Shown here piece by piece: positions 1 to 14,142 of a stretch of 64,000 nt of DNA (positions are counted from its first letter, which is position 1; every line of letters starts with the position of its first letter). The DNA comes from Macrostomum lignano (taxonomy: Eukaryota), in NCBI GenBank assembly GCA_002269645.1, contig NIVC01000572.1, positions 186,001 through 250,000 on the forward strand. Reading direction: 5' to 3'. The position numbers were made by a program, and so were the translations under genes. The notes under the pieces are model-generated. The model did no database searches. It saw only the letters and a list, made by a program, of their open reading frames with translations, and was not told where the DNA came from.

Positions 1-960
1 AAAATATACGCAGGTTCGCGCTTTCGCTGTGCTTTGCGCTGAAATCGTCGCAACTGTCCCTGTGTGCCATCAGCTGAGCATCAACAGCGACGAGTCGAGT
101 CGGAGACCAAGGGTTGCACATGTCGCCATATGGCTTAGGTGAAGTGGAAGTTACACCCACGCCGTTGCACATGAGGCCACACGGATTCAATTCCACAGCT
201 GTCAATGCAGTCAGCAGTCCTCGGACTACATGTAGTACTAAGTTCTATAAAGTAGTAGTACATGTAGTTTGTGTATTTTCGCTAGCCTGAAATTGGTCAG
301 CAACACTGGACGACCGTTGCTCGGCACGATGTGTGAATTGCGAACAACGCAGCGCCAATACGTAGTCTGCTCATGATCCGTGACTGGACGAAAGAAAACT
401 GTCCATTAACTACTAAAACAGGTTTTTTCTGCTAGAAGCTGCTTCAATAATGTTGAAGTCCGTTGGCTTCTGATTGAGTGGCTCTGCTAGCGGCGGCTCC
501 AGATGATTGGGCGGCTCTGCTAGCGGCGGCTCCTGATTGGGTGGCTCTGCTAGCAGCGGCTCCTGATTGGGCGGCTCTTCTAGTGGCGGCTCCAACTGAT
601 TGGGCGGCTCTGCTAGCGGCGGCTCCAGCTGATTGTGCGGCTCTGCTAGCGGCGGCTCCTGATTGGGCGGCTCTCGATTGGCACATGGCTGGCACCACCA
701 ACTTATCTGTAGGTTATATGTGCATGTACGCATGTACAGAATAAAATATAATATGCAATGAAAAAAACAATGTATGCACATCTGCACTGACAAGCTATAC
801 ATGTATCTGTACCTTTCTGTATCTGGATATATTGTTGATGCGAAATCCCTGTTCGACATTTTCGATGCTGCCATCCACCACATCCGTCACAGCTGATGGC
901 ATGTTGACAAGCGCTTACAATTTTCTCACAGAGAAGACATAAATCGCTGGGTGCATTCAT
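1..960 (-). pseudogene. Degenerate, internally deleted Mutator-like (MULE) transposase with PHD finger and FLYWCH remnants
   Basis: Minus-strand translation in order: PHD finger CLLC..CDGCGGWQHRKC (960-810), apparently completed by ISWWCQPC (about 706-683) after an intron-like gap whose phase I could not reconcile. FLYWCH-like YWRCVVRNSHI/CRATVVQ with a 1-nt frameshift (about 360-305). MULE core motif ESVWPHVQRRGCNFHFT*AIWRHVQ (about 190-113), with Gln mutated to TAA at 135-137. Likely continues past the window edge. Confidence 0.75.
469..680. repeat. 33-36 bp tandem repeat (about 6 copies) inside the MULE remnant
   Basis: Unit GATTGGGCGGCTCTGCTAGCGGCGGCTCC(AGCT); reads EPPLAEPPNQ repeats on the minus strand. 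Confidence 0.9.
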
Positions 961-1496
961 GGTTGCTGGGCGCAGAGTTCTATTGTAAGTCGTTTTTTAC
1001 AGAAAAGTCAAGTCGTTTTTATGAGCAACTGAGCATACAGTAATAGTCCAGCAGTGCTATTGTTGTTTAAATAGTGTTCAATCAATTCTAGTGCTTAAAT
1101 TGATGTGTTGGTATGGATCGAGTCAGCGCCAAGCCCCCCCCCCCCCAAATCCATCCATCGATTGCACTTTGTATGTACATAGCTATAGCTAAGTTGTGAG
1201 TTTTTTAAATGTAAAGTACATATATATATTTGAAACTACATGTATAAGTATCTTTTCGCCGAAATGTGCATCTCTGTAAAATAAAAATTTATCTTCGCCG
1301 AAATGGGCTGCACGACACCCGTAAAGAGCAGTGGAAGGGAACTTCTTTGATGCATCATATGCGTGATGGCAACTCTATAGCGGTAAAGCCGATTTCCCCC
1401 AGCTTCAGCGATCTACTGCGCATGGTTTCGTCGTGCTCGCAATGCCTTTTAACAATCCCCGGCTAGAATTAGCTTTACCCATGCATGTAAACACAC

Positions 1497-1853
1497 TGCG
1501 TGTGTACATGTAGCTTAACACCTACGTACGTGTGTGTGTACATGTAGCTTAACACCTACGTACGTGTGTGTGCACATGTAGCTTAACACCTACGTACGTG
1601 TGTGTGTACATGTAGCTTAACACCTACGTACGTGTGTGTGTACATGTAGCTTAACACCTACGTACGTGTGTGTGCACATGTAGCTTAACACCTACGTACG
1701 TGTGTGTGTACATGTAGCTTAACACCTACGTACGTGTGTGTGTACATGTAGCTTAACACCTACGTACGTGTGTGTGTACATGTAGCTTAACACCTACGTA
1801 CGTGTGTGTGTACATGTAGCTTAACACCTACGTACGTGTGTGTGTACATGTAG
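1497..1853. repeat. 34-bp minisatellite, about 10 copies
   Basis: Unit TGTGTACATGTAGCTTAACACCTACGTACGTGTG. Confidence 0.95.
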
Positions 1854-2616
1854 CTATAATACGAAAAGTACAAAATCTCGGATAATTTTTGCACTCTTTA
1901 GTTTCTGCTTGGCTATTTGAAAGAGTTGCAGTGCAAGCGTTGTAAGAATTTTTCTACAGTCGGTTGACTTAAACAAAAATTGTCATAATCAAACGAATCA
2001 TCTCTCTCACATATTTTGTACGTAGGAAATTTCTGGATTAACAAAACAATTGCAAACATCATTTTGAAAATTTGAGCAAAAGCAGGTGAGGAAATCTATG
2101 ATTAAAATTTGAGGGAATGATAAATATTTGCCAGAATGATAAAAGACGAACTATTACATGTACATGTACTACTTTCCACCTATACATGTAACCGTCATCA
2201 GCCCCCTCTTAGAATTTGATGATATCCTCGGCGACTAACAGCTAGTTTTATCCTCCAGTTTCGCTATAATCACGATTCCCAGGGGACAACACTGAATAAT
2301 TCCCCTCTAATTATTTACTGCCTGTTTGTAATGTTTGAGTCAATATAATCCCCCTCGGGGAAGCTGGCATGTAGGCTCCAATCACTCCAAAGCTAGGCGA
2401 TCACTCTGTCATCCGTGTAGTTTGCTAAACCATTGAAACCACTGCGGCAAGACCAATTGAACATCATCTCTCAGTGGTGTCCCTTCTCTGTCCCAATTCC
2501 CCCAGTTGGTGTGGATACCAGCTAGGGCGCGGTCGCCATGGATTTATGGTGGGATCAGACATGCAAAGCCAGGAATTCAACATGTACATTATTTTGAGAA
2601 TCGGTGTTGTTGTTGT

Positions 2617-2768
2617 ACCACTCATTTTGGCGCCGCAGACAGGCACTCATTTTGGCGCCGCTACAGGCGCTCATTTTGGCGCTGCAGGCAGGCACTCATT
2701 ATTTTGGCGCCGCAGTCAGGCACTCATTTTGGCGCCGTAGACAGGCACTCATTTTGGCGCCGCCACAT
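2617..2768. repeat. 25-bp minisatellite, about 6 copies
   Basis: Unit CACTCATTTTGGCGCCGCAGACAGG. Confidence 0.9.
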
Positions 2769-3465
2769 TTTGACGCGGTTATGATCCAAATGCTTATTTA
2801 GTAAGGCTTCTTATTAAAGAGATTTCTAGCGACATGACAAATGCATGAAATAATAGCTCACAGATATTATATGTTCAGCCATGACATCCTGTTTTTTAAT
2901 TTGGTATCCCGAGTTTGTAATATTTGCAATACAGCTTAAAAACACGATACTGTAGTGCAGTATGCTGTTATGAAACACTATATAACAGTGTATAATATTG
3001 AGTTAGAAGAGTTTTTTGGCATCCACACTGAACAGTGAATTAGTATCTCAAGTGGCCCGCAAGAGATTGCATGTATTAGTGTATCTTGATTATACAGTAT
3101 GCACCGAATGCTACTGCTATCATTGCTATAATAGAGAGCTACAAATAGAGGAAATAATGAGGTGTCAATCAAATTGATGAACTTAATATAATTGCTCACT
3201 AAAGTGGCACATTAGGTAGGTAAGCATGTATTAAGCTAAGCACTTCTGCTCTTGCACTCTTTACTCAATTTTGTATTTCTATATAGCATAAAATATACAG
3301 GCTGATGCAGGCATAGCGAGCTATACAGTAATTCTTACACAGACTCTAAGTTTACTCATCTGATGCTCCATTTTTTCTATCTTTTTGAGTAAAATGAGCG
3401 ACACGTAATGATACTTTAGCTAAGCTATTAATGGCCGCAAATGCCCCTCTGGGTAATGGAAGCTT

Positions 3466-3870
3466 TTTGGCGCCACAATGACACCCAGATTGGCGCCACA
3501 ATGTCAACCTGATTAGCGCCACAATCTCAAACTGATTAGCGCCACAATAACACCCAGATTGGCGCCACAATAACACCCAGATTGGCGCCACAATGTCAAC
3601 CTGATTAGCGTCACAATGATATCCAGATTGGCGCCATAACTAAATCCAGATTGGCGCCACAATTACGCCTAGATTGGCGCCACAATGACATCCAGATTTG
3701 GCGCCAAAATGACACCCAGATTGGTGCTATAATACCATCCAGATTGGCGCCACAATGACATCCAGATTGGTGCCACAATGACACCCAGATTGGCGCCACA
3801 ATTACGCCTAGATTGGCGCTACAATGACACCCAGATTGGCGCCACAATGACACCCTGATTGGCGCCACAA
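3466..3870. repeat. 23-bp minisatellite, about 17 copies
   Basis: Unit GATTGGCGCCACAATGACACCCA. Confidence 0.92.
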
Positions 3871-4351
3871 GCGTCCAGGTCATTGCGATTTAACAAAACG
3901 GATTGACTTTAAAGAAAGAAATGCAGTAAGTAGCAACACAACAAAAAACACCGGAAGTTTTTCTAGCAATTCAGCCGCTAGCTAGAAGAAGCCGTACAAC
4001 ACAAAGGAGCCAAAGTCTATAAAGCTTTATTCACAAATGTCAAGTCTTGACGCTTCTCTGAGAAAAGTAGAATTCACAAAAGTTTTTGAAGTGAATTATG
4101 AAAGGGTTCATTGTGCCTGCTTACTGTACACTGTGTATGTAACTGCTTAGGGGTTCAAGCAGTTTTTAAATGAGTCAAAGTGTAGTAGCTTACTCAGTAA
4201 CTTAAATGCATAAATTCAAATATTGCTTCTCATAAACCAGACAAGTATTAAATACATGCGAATGGTCTCGGCCCAGTCAAGCCTGAGCACCCGGATGCCT
4301 GGAGTCTCTGACTTCTGACATTTGTATGTTGGTGTGCCTGACATCACAGAT

Positions 4352-6335
4352 GCTGACATCTCTGACACCCCAGCTTCTGACATCTCTGACACCCCAGCTA
4401 CTGACATCTCTGACACACCAGCTACTGACATCTCTGACACCCCAGCTACTGACATCTCTGACACCCCAGATACTGACATCTCTGACACCCCAGCTACTGA
4501 CATCTCTGACACCCCAGCTACTGACATCTCTGACACCCCAGCTACTGACATCTCTGACACCCCAGCTACTGACATCTCTGACACCCCAGCTACTGACATC
4601 TAAGACACCCCAGCTACTGACATCTCTGACACCCCAGATACTGATATCTCTGACACCCCAGCTACTGACATCTCTGACACCCCAGCTACTGACATCTCTG
4701 ACACCCCAGCTACTGACATCTCTGACTCCCCAGCTACTGACATCCCTGACACCCCAGCTACTGACATCTAAGACACCCCAGCTACTGACATCCCTGACAC
4801 CTCAGCTACTGACATCTCTGACACCCCAGATACTGACATCTCTGACACCCCAGCTACTGACATCTCTGACACCCCAGCTACTGACATCTCTGACACCCCA
4901 GCTACTGACATCTAAGACACCCCAGCTACTGACATCCCTGACACCTCAGCTACTGACATCTCTGACACCCCAGATACTGACATCTCTGACACCCCAGCTA
5001 CTGACATCTCTGACACCCCAGCTACTGACATCTCTGACACCCCAGATACTGACATCTCTGACACCCCAGCTACTGACATCTCTGACACCCCAGCTACTGA
5101 CATCTCTGACACCCTAGCTACTGACATCTCTGACACCCCAGCTACTGACATCTCTGACACCCCAGCTACTGACATCTCTGACACCCCAGCTACTGACATC
5201 TCTGACACCCCAGCTACTGACATCTCTGACACCCCAGCTACTGACATCTCTGACACCCCAGCTACTGACATCTCTGACACCCCAGCTACTGACATCTCTG
5301 ACACCCCAGCTACTGACATCTCTGACACACCAGCTACTGACATCTCTGACACACCAGCTACTGACATCTCTGACACACCAGCTACTGACATCTCTGACAC
5401 ACCAGCTACTGGCATCTCTGACACCCCAGCTACTGACATCTCTGACACCCCAGCTACTGACATCTCTGACACACCAGCTACTGACATCTCTGACACCCCA
5501 GCTACTGACATCTCTGACACACCAGCTACTGACATCTCTGACACACCAGCTACTGACATCTCTGACACCCCAGCTACTGACATCTCTGACACCCCAGCTA
5601 CTGACATCTCTGACACCCCAGCTACTGACATCTCTGACACCCCAGCTACTGACATCTCTGACACCCCAGCTACTGACATCTCTGACACCCCAGCTACTGA
5701 CATCTCTGACACCCCAGATACTGACATCTCTGACACCCCAGCTACTGACATCTCTGACACCCCAGCTACTGACATCTCTGACACCCCAGCTACTGACATC
5801 TCTGACACCCCAGCTACTGACATCTCTGACACCCCAGCTACTGACATCTCTGACACCCCAGCTACTGACATCTCTGACACCCCAGCTACTGACATCTCTG
5901 ACACCCCAGCTACTGACATCTCTGACACCCCAGCTACTGACATCTCTGACACACCAGCTACTGACATCTCTGACACCCCAGCTACTGACATCTCTGACAC
6001 ACCAGCTACTGACATCTCTGACACACCAGCTACTGGCATCTCTGACACCCCAGCTACTGACATCTCTGACACCCCAGCTACTGACATCTCTGACACACCA
6101 GCTACTGACATCTCTGACACCCCAGCTACTGACATCTCTGACACACCAGCTACTGACATCTCTGACACACCAGCTACTGACATCTCTGACACCCCAGCTA
6201 CTGACATCTCTGACACCCCAGCTACTGACATCTCTGACACCCCAGCTACTGACATCTCTGACACCCTAGCTACTGATATCTCTGACACCCTAGCTACTGA
6301 CATCTCTGACACCCCAGCTACTGACATCTCTGACA
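4352..6335. repeat. 24-bp minisatellite, about 82 copies
   Basis: Unit GCTACTGACATCTCTGACACCCCA; source of the TPATDISD / SVAGVSEM pseudo-ORFs. Confidence 0.97.
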
Positions 6336-6349
6336 CATTCTACTTTAGT

Positions 6350-6435
6350 TCTATCTCGTATTCTACTCGTGTTCTATCGTGTATTCTACTCGTGTTCTAT
6401 CGTGTATTCTACTCGTGTTCTATCGTGTATTCTAT
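6350..6435. repeat. 23-bp tandem repeat, 3-4 copies
   Basis: Unit TTCTACTCGTGTTCTATCGTGTA; a degenerate copy follows to about 6570. Confidence 0.8.
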
Positions 6436-6789
6436 TCTTCTTCTTCCAAGTTTTCTGTGATTGGTAGATCCCAATAACCATCCCTTCAGAGCACCGGTTC
6501 TCTTATATTCAACTCTATAGTTCTATCTTGTATTCTACTCTTGTTCTATCTCATATTCTATCCTTGTTCGTTGTTCTATTATGAATTCTAGTCTTCTTCT
6601 ATTTGTCAATCTGTGTGCATACTTTTTAGTGCATGTGGATTAAAGGTAAGTCAAAGGTGGAAACGACTTTCTAATAAATCATTCAAGACGCTGGCAACAC
6701 CTTGGTCAGTGATCATTCACTTTAAATATAAGCATTTTTTTCTTGGTTTTCTATTGTACACATTATCGCAATTTTTTGCTCTTATTCTC

Positions 6790-6890
6790 ATGTGTAATAA
6801 AATGGCGCCCCACTTAAAATGAAATGGCGCCCCGCTCAAAATGAAATGGCGCCCTGCTCGCTATGAAATGTCACGTCGCCCCGCCAAAAA
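6790..6890. repeat. About 22-bp tandem repeat, 4-5 copies
   Basis: Unit AAAATGAAATGGCGCCCCGCTC. Confidence 0.75.
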
Positions 6891-6988
6891 TGAAGATAAT
6901 ATCCAACGCAAAGCAACGTAAAGATGAAGTTGACGTTGCCAGTTGCAAATAAAATTCAAGTAAAATGCGAGGTGCTGTACGAGTATAC

Positions 6989-7209
6989 CTATAGGAATGT
7001 GCACCTATAGGAATGTGCACCTATAGGAATGTACACCTATAGTACACCTATAGGAATGTACACCTATAGTACACCTATAGGAATGTACACCTATAGGAAT
7101 GTACACCTATAGGAATGTGCACCTATAGGAATGTGCACCTATAGGAATGTACACCTATAGGAATGTGCACCTATAGGAATGTACACCTATAGTACACCTA
7201 TAGGAATGT
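6989..7209. repeat. 16-bp minisatellite, about 14 copies
   Basis: Unit CACCTATAGGAATGTR with 11-bp deletion variants. Confidence 0.93.
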
Positions 7210-8493
7210 GCCGCAGGCAGCACAGCAGTTGGGTCTGTACGCGCGCCCATCTATAAATTCGGGAGTACAGTCCAACGCTATGCGCGAACGCAGCATAATT
7301 CAATTGTTAAAACTACGCACTGCGATATGTGCATTTACTCATAATTCGCATAAATAGAGTAGTTGCAGACTGTGGAGTGTGAAGAGTAGACTCGCTCCTG
7401 CTTTCTTCACCTTCTCTTTCTTCACCTTCAAGTCTAGCTGCCTATTGCTATCATGTTCGTATAATAATCTAGCAGGTTGATTTAAATTCAAATATGCTTT
7501 GTTTTACTTATTTAATTTGACTTTCCATTTAAATTTCAAATTATACAAAGTAAAAACAATTTTTTTAATAGTTTTTCAATTTTCAGTTAATAAACAATTA
7601 AAATGAGTACTTTCTGGTATTGGCCGGCTTCTCTGAACTGTAGAAATAACAGAAAATTTTATTGAGGGCGATAAGGGGGGTTCTGAGATTGAGGGTTGGG
7701 TTGCAAGACCTGCTAGCTATTGTAAAACTTGTTAGAAAAAGGCAGTGGCTGCCGTCCCGTCCAACCAAGCCGCCCACCACCCCAGCCCCACCACCCCAGC
7801 CCCACCACCCCATCAGAGTGCCTGTGCAGCCAATAGGAGCGGACCCTCCTTTCTTATAACTCAAAGGGTGGACAGCTATAGTATAGAACCACAAGCACGA
7901 AGCCCTCTCCCTAGCTTATTAACAAACGGCCTTCGCTTCAGGCCCCCCCCCATTTTCGGCCGTAAGAAAATAAAAAGACGCCAAACAAGAAAACAAGCTA
8001 ACACAGGCCAGCACAGTTATCCAAAATAGAGAAGAAGGGACCGGAATGGTTTAGTTTAGTGAAATCCTGTTACTTTAGTATTAAGCAACAATAATAACTC
8101 GAGATTATCTATGCTTCATATTATACCCATTGCCTTTAAAGTCAATCAATCTTATGACGGCATTAGCTAATGGGATTCGACATTGTAGCTAATTGACGCA
8201 ATCAACAACAAATCGAACGACTAACAATGTTCGAGCCAGTTTTCTGCCTAATATTTCTGGTAAGCAATTCTTTTTTAATTTGACTTTGGCGGCATGTGGA
8301 GTCGTATGTATTAATCATAAAGTTTATGCTTATCTTCTAGTTTAAAGATTTTAAAAGTTGTTATAGTGTTGAAAGATAATTTAACAATGCATTTTTTCGG
8401 CGCAAATTTGTTTTCGAAGAAAGCTAGCCAATTGGAATTTATCAGTAGCACTGAGATGTTTTTGTCCCGCTAAACTGATAAACTCTGCTAATT

Positions 8494-9345
8494 TTAGCGC
8501 CATTTTAGCGCCGAATGGGAAATTTTAGCGCCGAATGTAAGATTTTAGCGCCGAATGGGAAATTTTAGCGCCAAATGTAAGATTTTAGCGCCGAATGGGA
8601 AATTTTAGCGCCAAATGTAAGATTTTAGCGCCGAATGGGAAATTTTAGCGCCAAATGTAAGATTTTAGCGCCGAATGGGAAATTTTAGCGCCAAATGTAA
8701 GATTTTAGCGCCGAATGGAGGATCTTAGCGCTGAATGAATGCAAGATTTTAGCGCCGAATGGGAAATTTTAGCGCCAAATGCAAGATTTTAGCGCCGAAT
8801 GGGAAATTTTAGCGCCGAATGTAAGATTTTAGCGCCGAATGGGAAATTTTAGCGCCAAATGTAAGATTTTAGCGCCGAATGGGAAATTTTAGCGCCAAAT
8901 GTAAGATTTTAGCGCCGAATGGGAAATTTTAGCGCCAAATGTAAGATTTTAGCGCCGAATGGGAAATTTTAGCGCCAAATGTAAGATTTTAGCGCCGAAT
9001 GGGAAATTTTAGCGCCAAATGTAAGATTTTAGCGCCGAATGGGAAATTTTAGCGCCAAATGTAAGATTTTAGCGCCGAATGGGAAATTTTAGCGCCAAAT
9101 GTAAGATTTTAGCGCCGAATGGGAAATTTTAGCGCCAAATGTAAGATTTTAGCGCCGAATGGGAAATTTTAGCGCCAAATGTAAGATTTTAGCGCCGAAT
9201 GAAGGATCTGAGCGCTGAATGAATGCAAGATTTTAGCGCCAGTTTTAGCCCTAAAGTTTAGCGTCGAATGGGAGATTTCAGCATCGAATGTAAAATTTTA
9301 GCGCCGAATGAATGGGAGATTTTAGCGCCAATTTGTTTAGCGCCG
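8494..9345. repeat. 20-bp minisatellite organised as a 40-bp dimer
   Basis: Dimer GATTTTAGCGCCGAATGGGA-AATTTTAGCGCCAAATGTAA. Confidence 0.95.
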
Positions 9346-10007
9346 AAGAAGGGAGATTTTATTTCATGCCCGCAATGTTTTCCATCAAGACTCAGTACGA
9401 AAGAAAGGAAAGGTGATTCAGTGCAGACGCGCGACTCCCTCCTAGGCCCATGCCCCCAGGGTCCAGTTTTGCACGCCTTAATTCCCTCCAATTATGATGC
9501 CACAAGGGTTATCGGAAAGGACTTTGTTTCTTCAGTTTGTGCTCAAACCCTCGGCTCAAGTCTCTCAACATCCCCACAACATCGAATTCTATTCCGCTGA
9601 CTGAATACTCAACGAGTTCTCAATAAGCTCCCCGGCCCTTCATCACTCCCCAATCAATTACCTCTCAGATGGATCTGCTCACGATCGACAGTGGTTGCCA
9701 CTAACACTATTACTGGCATATAGTATATCCAGCGAGATATCCTACTCCTACCCTCTAGACTTGAATTAGCTCGCATTGTCACATGCTATATGCGAGTGCT
9801 ATAGAAATTCATGTCTCATTTCTTTAAAAAAAGTTTTTGTGTCGTAATTGTATTGTAATTATAGTTTTTTTACAACGAGTATCTATGTAATTATAGTTTT
9901 TGTTCATTAATAATTTAGTTATCAGTCTATAATACCAGCCACGTGTATTAGCCTTAGGAACCAAAGGTAGATTGTCAATACAATCATTATATACCACACG
10001 ATTCTCA

Positions 10008-10748
10008 ATACCATGCTTCTCAATGCCATGATTCTCAGTGCCATGATTCTCAATGCCATGATTCTCAATGCCATGATTCTCAATGCCATGATTCTCAATG
10101 CCATGATTCTCAACAATGCCATGATTCTCAATGCCATGATTCTCAGTGCCAAGATTCTGAATGCCATGATTCTCAATGCCATGATTCTTAATGCCATGAT
10201 TCTGAATCCCATGATTCTCAATGCCATGATTCTCAATGCCATGATTCTCAATGCCATGATTCTCAATGCCATGATTCTCAATGCCATGATTCTCAATGCC
10301 ATGATTCTCAATGCCATGATACTCAATGCCATGATACTCAATGCCATGATTCTCAATGCCATGATTCTGAATCCCATGATTCTCAATGCCATGATTCTCA
10401 ATGCCATGATTCTCAATGCCATGATTCTCAATGCCATGATACTCAATGCCATGATTCTCAATGCCATGATTCTCAATGCCATGATTCTCAATGCCATGAT
10501 TCTCAATGCCATGATTCTCAATGCCATGATACTCAATGCCATGATTCTCAATGCCATGATACTCAATGCCATGATACTCAATGCCATGATTCTCAATGCC
10601 ATGATTCTGAATCCCATGATTCTCAATGCCATGATTCTCAATGCCATGATTCTCAATGCCATGATTCTCAATGCCATGATTCTTAATGCCATGATTCTGA
10701 ATCCCATGATTCTCAATGCCATGATTCTCAATGCCATGATTCTCAATA
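10008..10748. repeat. 15-bp minisatellite, about 49 copies
   Basis: Unit TCTCAATGCCATGAT; source of the IENHG / NAMIL pseudo-ORFs. Confidence 0.96.
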
Positions 10749-11247
10749 ACCATCTGTAGCTCGTGTTGAAAAACTGTATGAATGAATAAAATTGACCCTA
10801 CCAAATCCATCCTGAATTGAAATTAAGTTGGAATTTGTTTATCTCCGCGAAAAAATGGTATGGTGGAATCGCTCACTGCACAATTGCCTCAATCCCCATG
10901 GGGGATATTGGCTGTTGTGATCAGTGGTGGGATAATTTGGTTCGCTTGGTTTAATTTTATGCATTATTTCGCCTCTACCATGACTCGTATGTATAGTTGA
11001 TAATAAAATGATACAAGCTATACAATTGTGCGCCACCACTAGCTTTTGAGTTGATGAAATTAACCCATTTAATGTAGCTTTTTTGGAGCCTAGCTTAATA
11101 CCCATCCATCACTGTCTGTAGGCCATTTTGCTGATACTATTTTCTATATGCTGCAGTTTGTCTACAAAAATTTTTCTGTGCATATTGTATCGACTGCTAG
11201 GGCGTGTCTGTGTTTGTTTGTTTGATGTTGCGGTTCCTACATACTTT

Positions 11248-12775
11248 TGTCACTCTTCCAGCACCATCTCTGACCTCTTGTCGCTCTTCCAGCACTATCT
11301 CTGACCTTTTGTCACTCTTCCAACACTATCTCTGACCTTTTGTCACTCTTCCAACACTATCTCTGACCGTTTGTCACTCTTCCAACACTATCTCTGACCG
11401 TTTGTCACTCTTCCAACACTATCTCTGACCTCTTGTCACTCTTCCAACACTATCTCTGACCTCTTGTCCCTTTTCTAGCACCATCTCTGACCTTTTGTCA
11501 CTCTTCCAGCACCATCTCTGACCTTTTGTCACTCTTCCAACACTATCTCTGACCTTTTGTCACTCTTCCAACACTATCTCTGACCTCTTGTCCCTTTTCT
11601 AGCACCATCTCTGACCTCTTGTCGCTCTTCCAGCACTATCTCTGACCGTTTGTCACTCTTCCAACACTATCTCTGACCTCTTGTCCCTTTTCTAGCACCA
11701 TCTCTGACCTCTTGTCGCTCTTCCAGCACTATCTCTGACCGTTTGTCACTCTTCCAACACTATTTCTGTCCGTTTGTCACTCTTCCAACACTATCTCTGA
11801 CCTCTTGTCACTCTTCCAACACCATCTCTGACCTTTTGTCACTCTTCAAACACCATCTCTGACCTTTTGTCGCTCTTCCAACACCATCTCTGACCTCTTG
11901 TCACTCTTCCAGCACCATCTCTGACCGTCTGTCGCTCTTCCAACACCATCTCTGACCTCTTGTCACTCTTCCAGCACCATCTCTGACCTCTTGTCACTCT
12001 TCCAGCACCATCTCTGACCTCTTGTCCCTCTTCAAACACCATCTCTGACCTCTTGTCACTCTTCCAACACCATCTCTGACCTCTTGTCACTCTTCCAGCA
12101 CTATCTCTGACCGTTTGTCACTCTTCCAACACTATCTCTGACCGTTTGTCACTCTTCCAACACTATCTCTGACCGTTTGTCACTCTTCCAACACTATCTC
12201 TGACCTCTTGTCACTCTTCCAACATTATCTCTGACCTCTTGTCCCTTTTCTAGCACCATCTCTGACCTTTTGTCACTCTTCCAGCACCATCTCTGACCTT
12301 TTGTCACTCTTCCAACACTATCTCTGACCTTTTGTCACTCTTCCAACACTATCTCTGACCTCTTGTCCCTTTTCTAGCACCATCTCTGACCTCTTGTCAC
12401 TCTTCCAGCACTATCTCTGACCGTTTGTCGCTCTTCCAACACCATCTCTGACCTTTTGTCACTCTTCCAGCACTATCTCTGACCTTTTGTCACTCTTCCA
12501 ACACTATCTCTGACCTCTTGTCCCTTTTCTAGCACCATCTCTGACCTCTTGTCGCTCTTCCAGCACTATCTCTGACCGTTTGTCACTCTTCCAACACTAT
12601 CTCTGACCGTTTGTCACTCTTCCAGCACCATCTCTGACCTCTTGTCACTCTTCCAGCACCATCTCTGACCTCTTGTCACTCTACAAACACCATCTCTGAC
12701 CTCTTGTCACTCTTCCAGCACCATCTCTGACCTCTTGTCACTCTTCCAACACCATCTCTGACCTTTTTATAACTT
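11248..12775. repeat. 31-bp minisatellite, about 49 copies
   Basis: Unit CTCTTGTCACTCTTCCAACACTATCTCTGAC with recurrent variants. Confidence 0.95.
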
Positions 12776-14142
12776 CTGTATGCTCTCTCAATGATTGATA
12801 TTTGCTTTATATTTTTATAATAGATTTCAGGATCAATAAAGTGATTAAGTGTTTCGATATTTTTGTTATAAATTTATGTTGGCCTGTTTAGAAATTGTTT
12901 CGCAAAAGTGTAGCAAGTCTAGCAAGGTGCTATTTCTATTGTTTAGCCTGTTAAGTCTCTCGCAATTAATTCTACTGTTCTTATTTAAGCATAAAATTGA
13001 AAGCACCTGTGTATCTACTAATTAGCATAATTGATGAGAATGCCAGGAAAATATTCAAGATTAATACACAACGTGCCATCAATTTTTACATTTCCAGTTG
13101 AAAGTTGAACCCAAACCTTGTGGGGGGGGTTCGTTTACTTCCATTGCCATATACAGTATGTAGGCACTGGCCCAGGTGCAATATGCCCTGTAGGAAATTA
13201 TTTTCCAATTTTCATCACCTATGCCTGCCGTGGAGATTTAACAGCGGCTGCATGTAGCTGTTTCCTTCCAGCAGCAACAACAACAACAAGACCCGTCATC
13301 GAGGCCTGTTGCAGGCTATTTGGGTACCTCTTTTATGCCTACAGGGTGCTAGTCATTTGCCTACCTGCACAACATTGCACCAGTACAGACCCTGTGTTTG
13401 TTATACGCTCAAGTTCCGCGAATCTTTATAAGAATCTATCTACCTATCTACCTAGCTATCCGGCTTCCCTGTTCCTTTCACTTTTCTCTTTCGGCAGCAT
13501 CAGCAACTTTCTCTCGCGGGGCTGAAGGTTTGGCAGAATCGCCTTCCCGTTCGGGCATCACCAATTAGTTGGTAGACGGGAAGGTTGGGTGTCGGCTATA
13601 GGATATTAGGGGTAGCGGTTCCTGAAAGTAGTCCAGCTAAGCCTCCCATTAGATCTGCTTCATCATCCTGATTGCTCCGAAGGCCTGTTTCTTCTATTTC
13701 TAAAAAGCCGCTGTGTCTGGACGGCAGACGCTATTACCGCGGCTTTGTGGTCCAGTACTGAATTCCTTCAACTGATTTTCGCCCCGTCTTCTCTTCCGCG
13801 TCCGGTTTACGGTGCATCTAAAGAGGCTCTGTGCTGTCTATAGCGCTGAGATTCTTTGCGCGTCATGCTTGCACTTTTGTTACGTGGGTGCAGTTGTATG
13901 TTTTTATAAAAGAAGAAAACCTACTAGAAAAGTTCAAATTATATTTTCTTGTGTGGCAGCTAATTGTAAGGGATCCATGGATGCTTTTGGTTTAAGGGTG
14001 TGACAGAATAATGGCGCAAGGAGGACGTTACCAAATAGTGGGCGACAAAATTATGTCATACAAGGAACGCTAGTTTTTACGTCACTAAGAACAAGGATAA
14101 TGACAGTAAGGAGCCTCAGAATGATGTCTGAATGACGAAGGA

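Noticed and set aside
2330-2600. Protein-like minus-strand stretch HGDRALAGIHTNWGNWDREGTP
   Set aside because: Bounded by stops, no usable splice sites found, and no family recognised.
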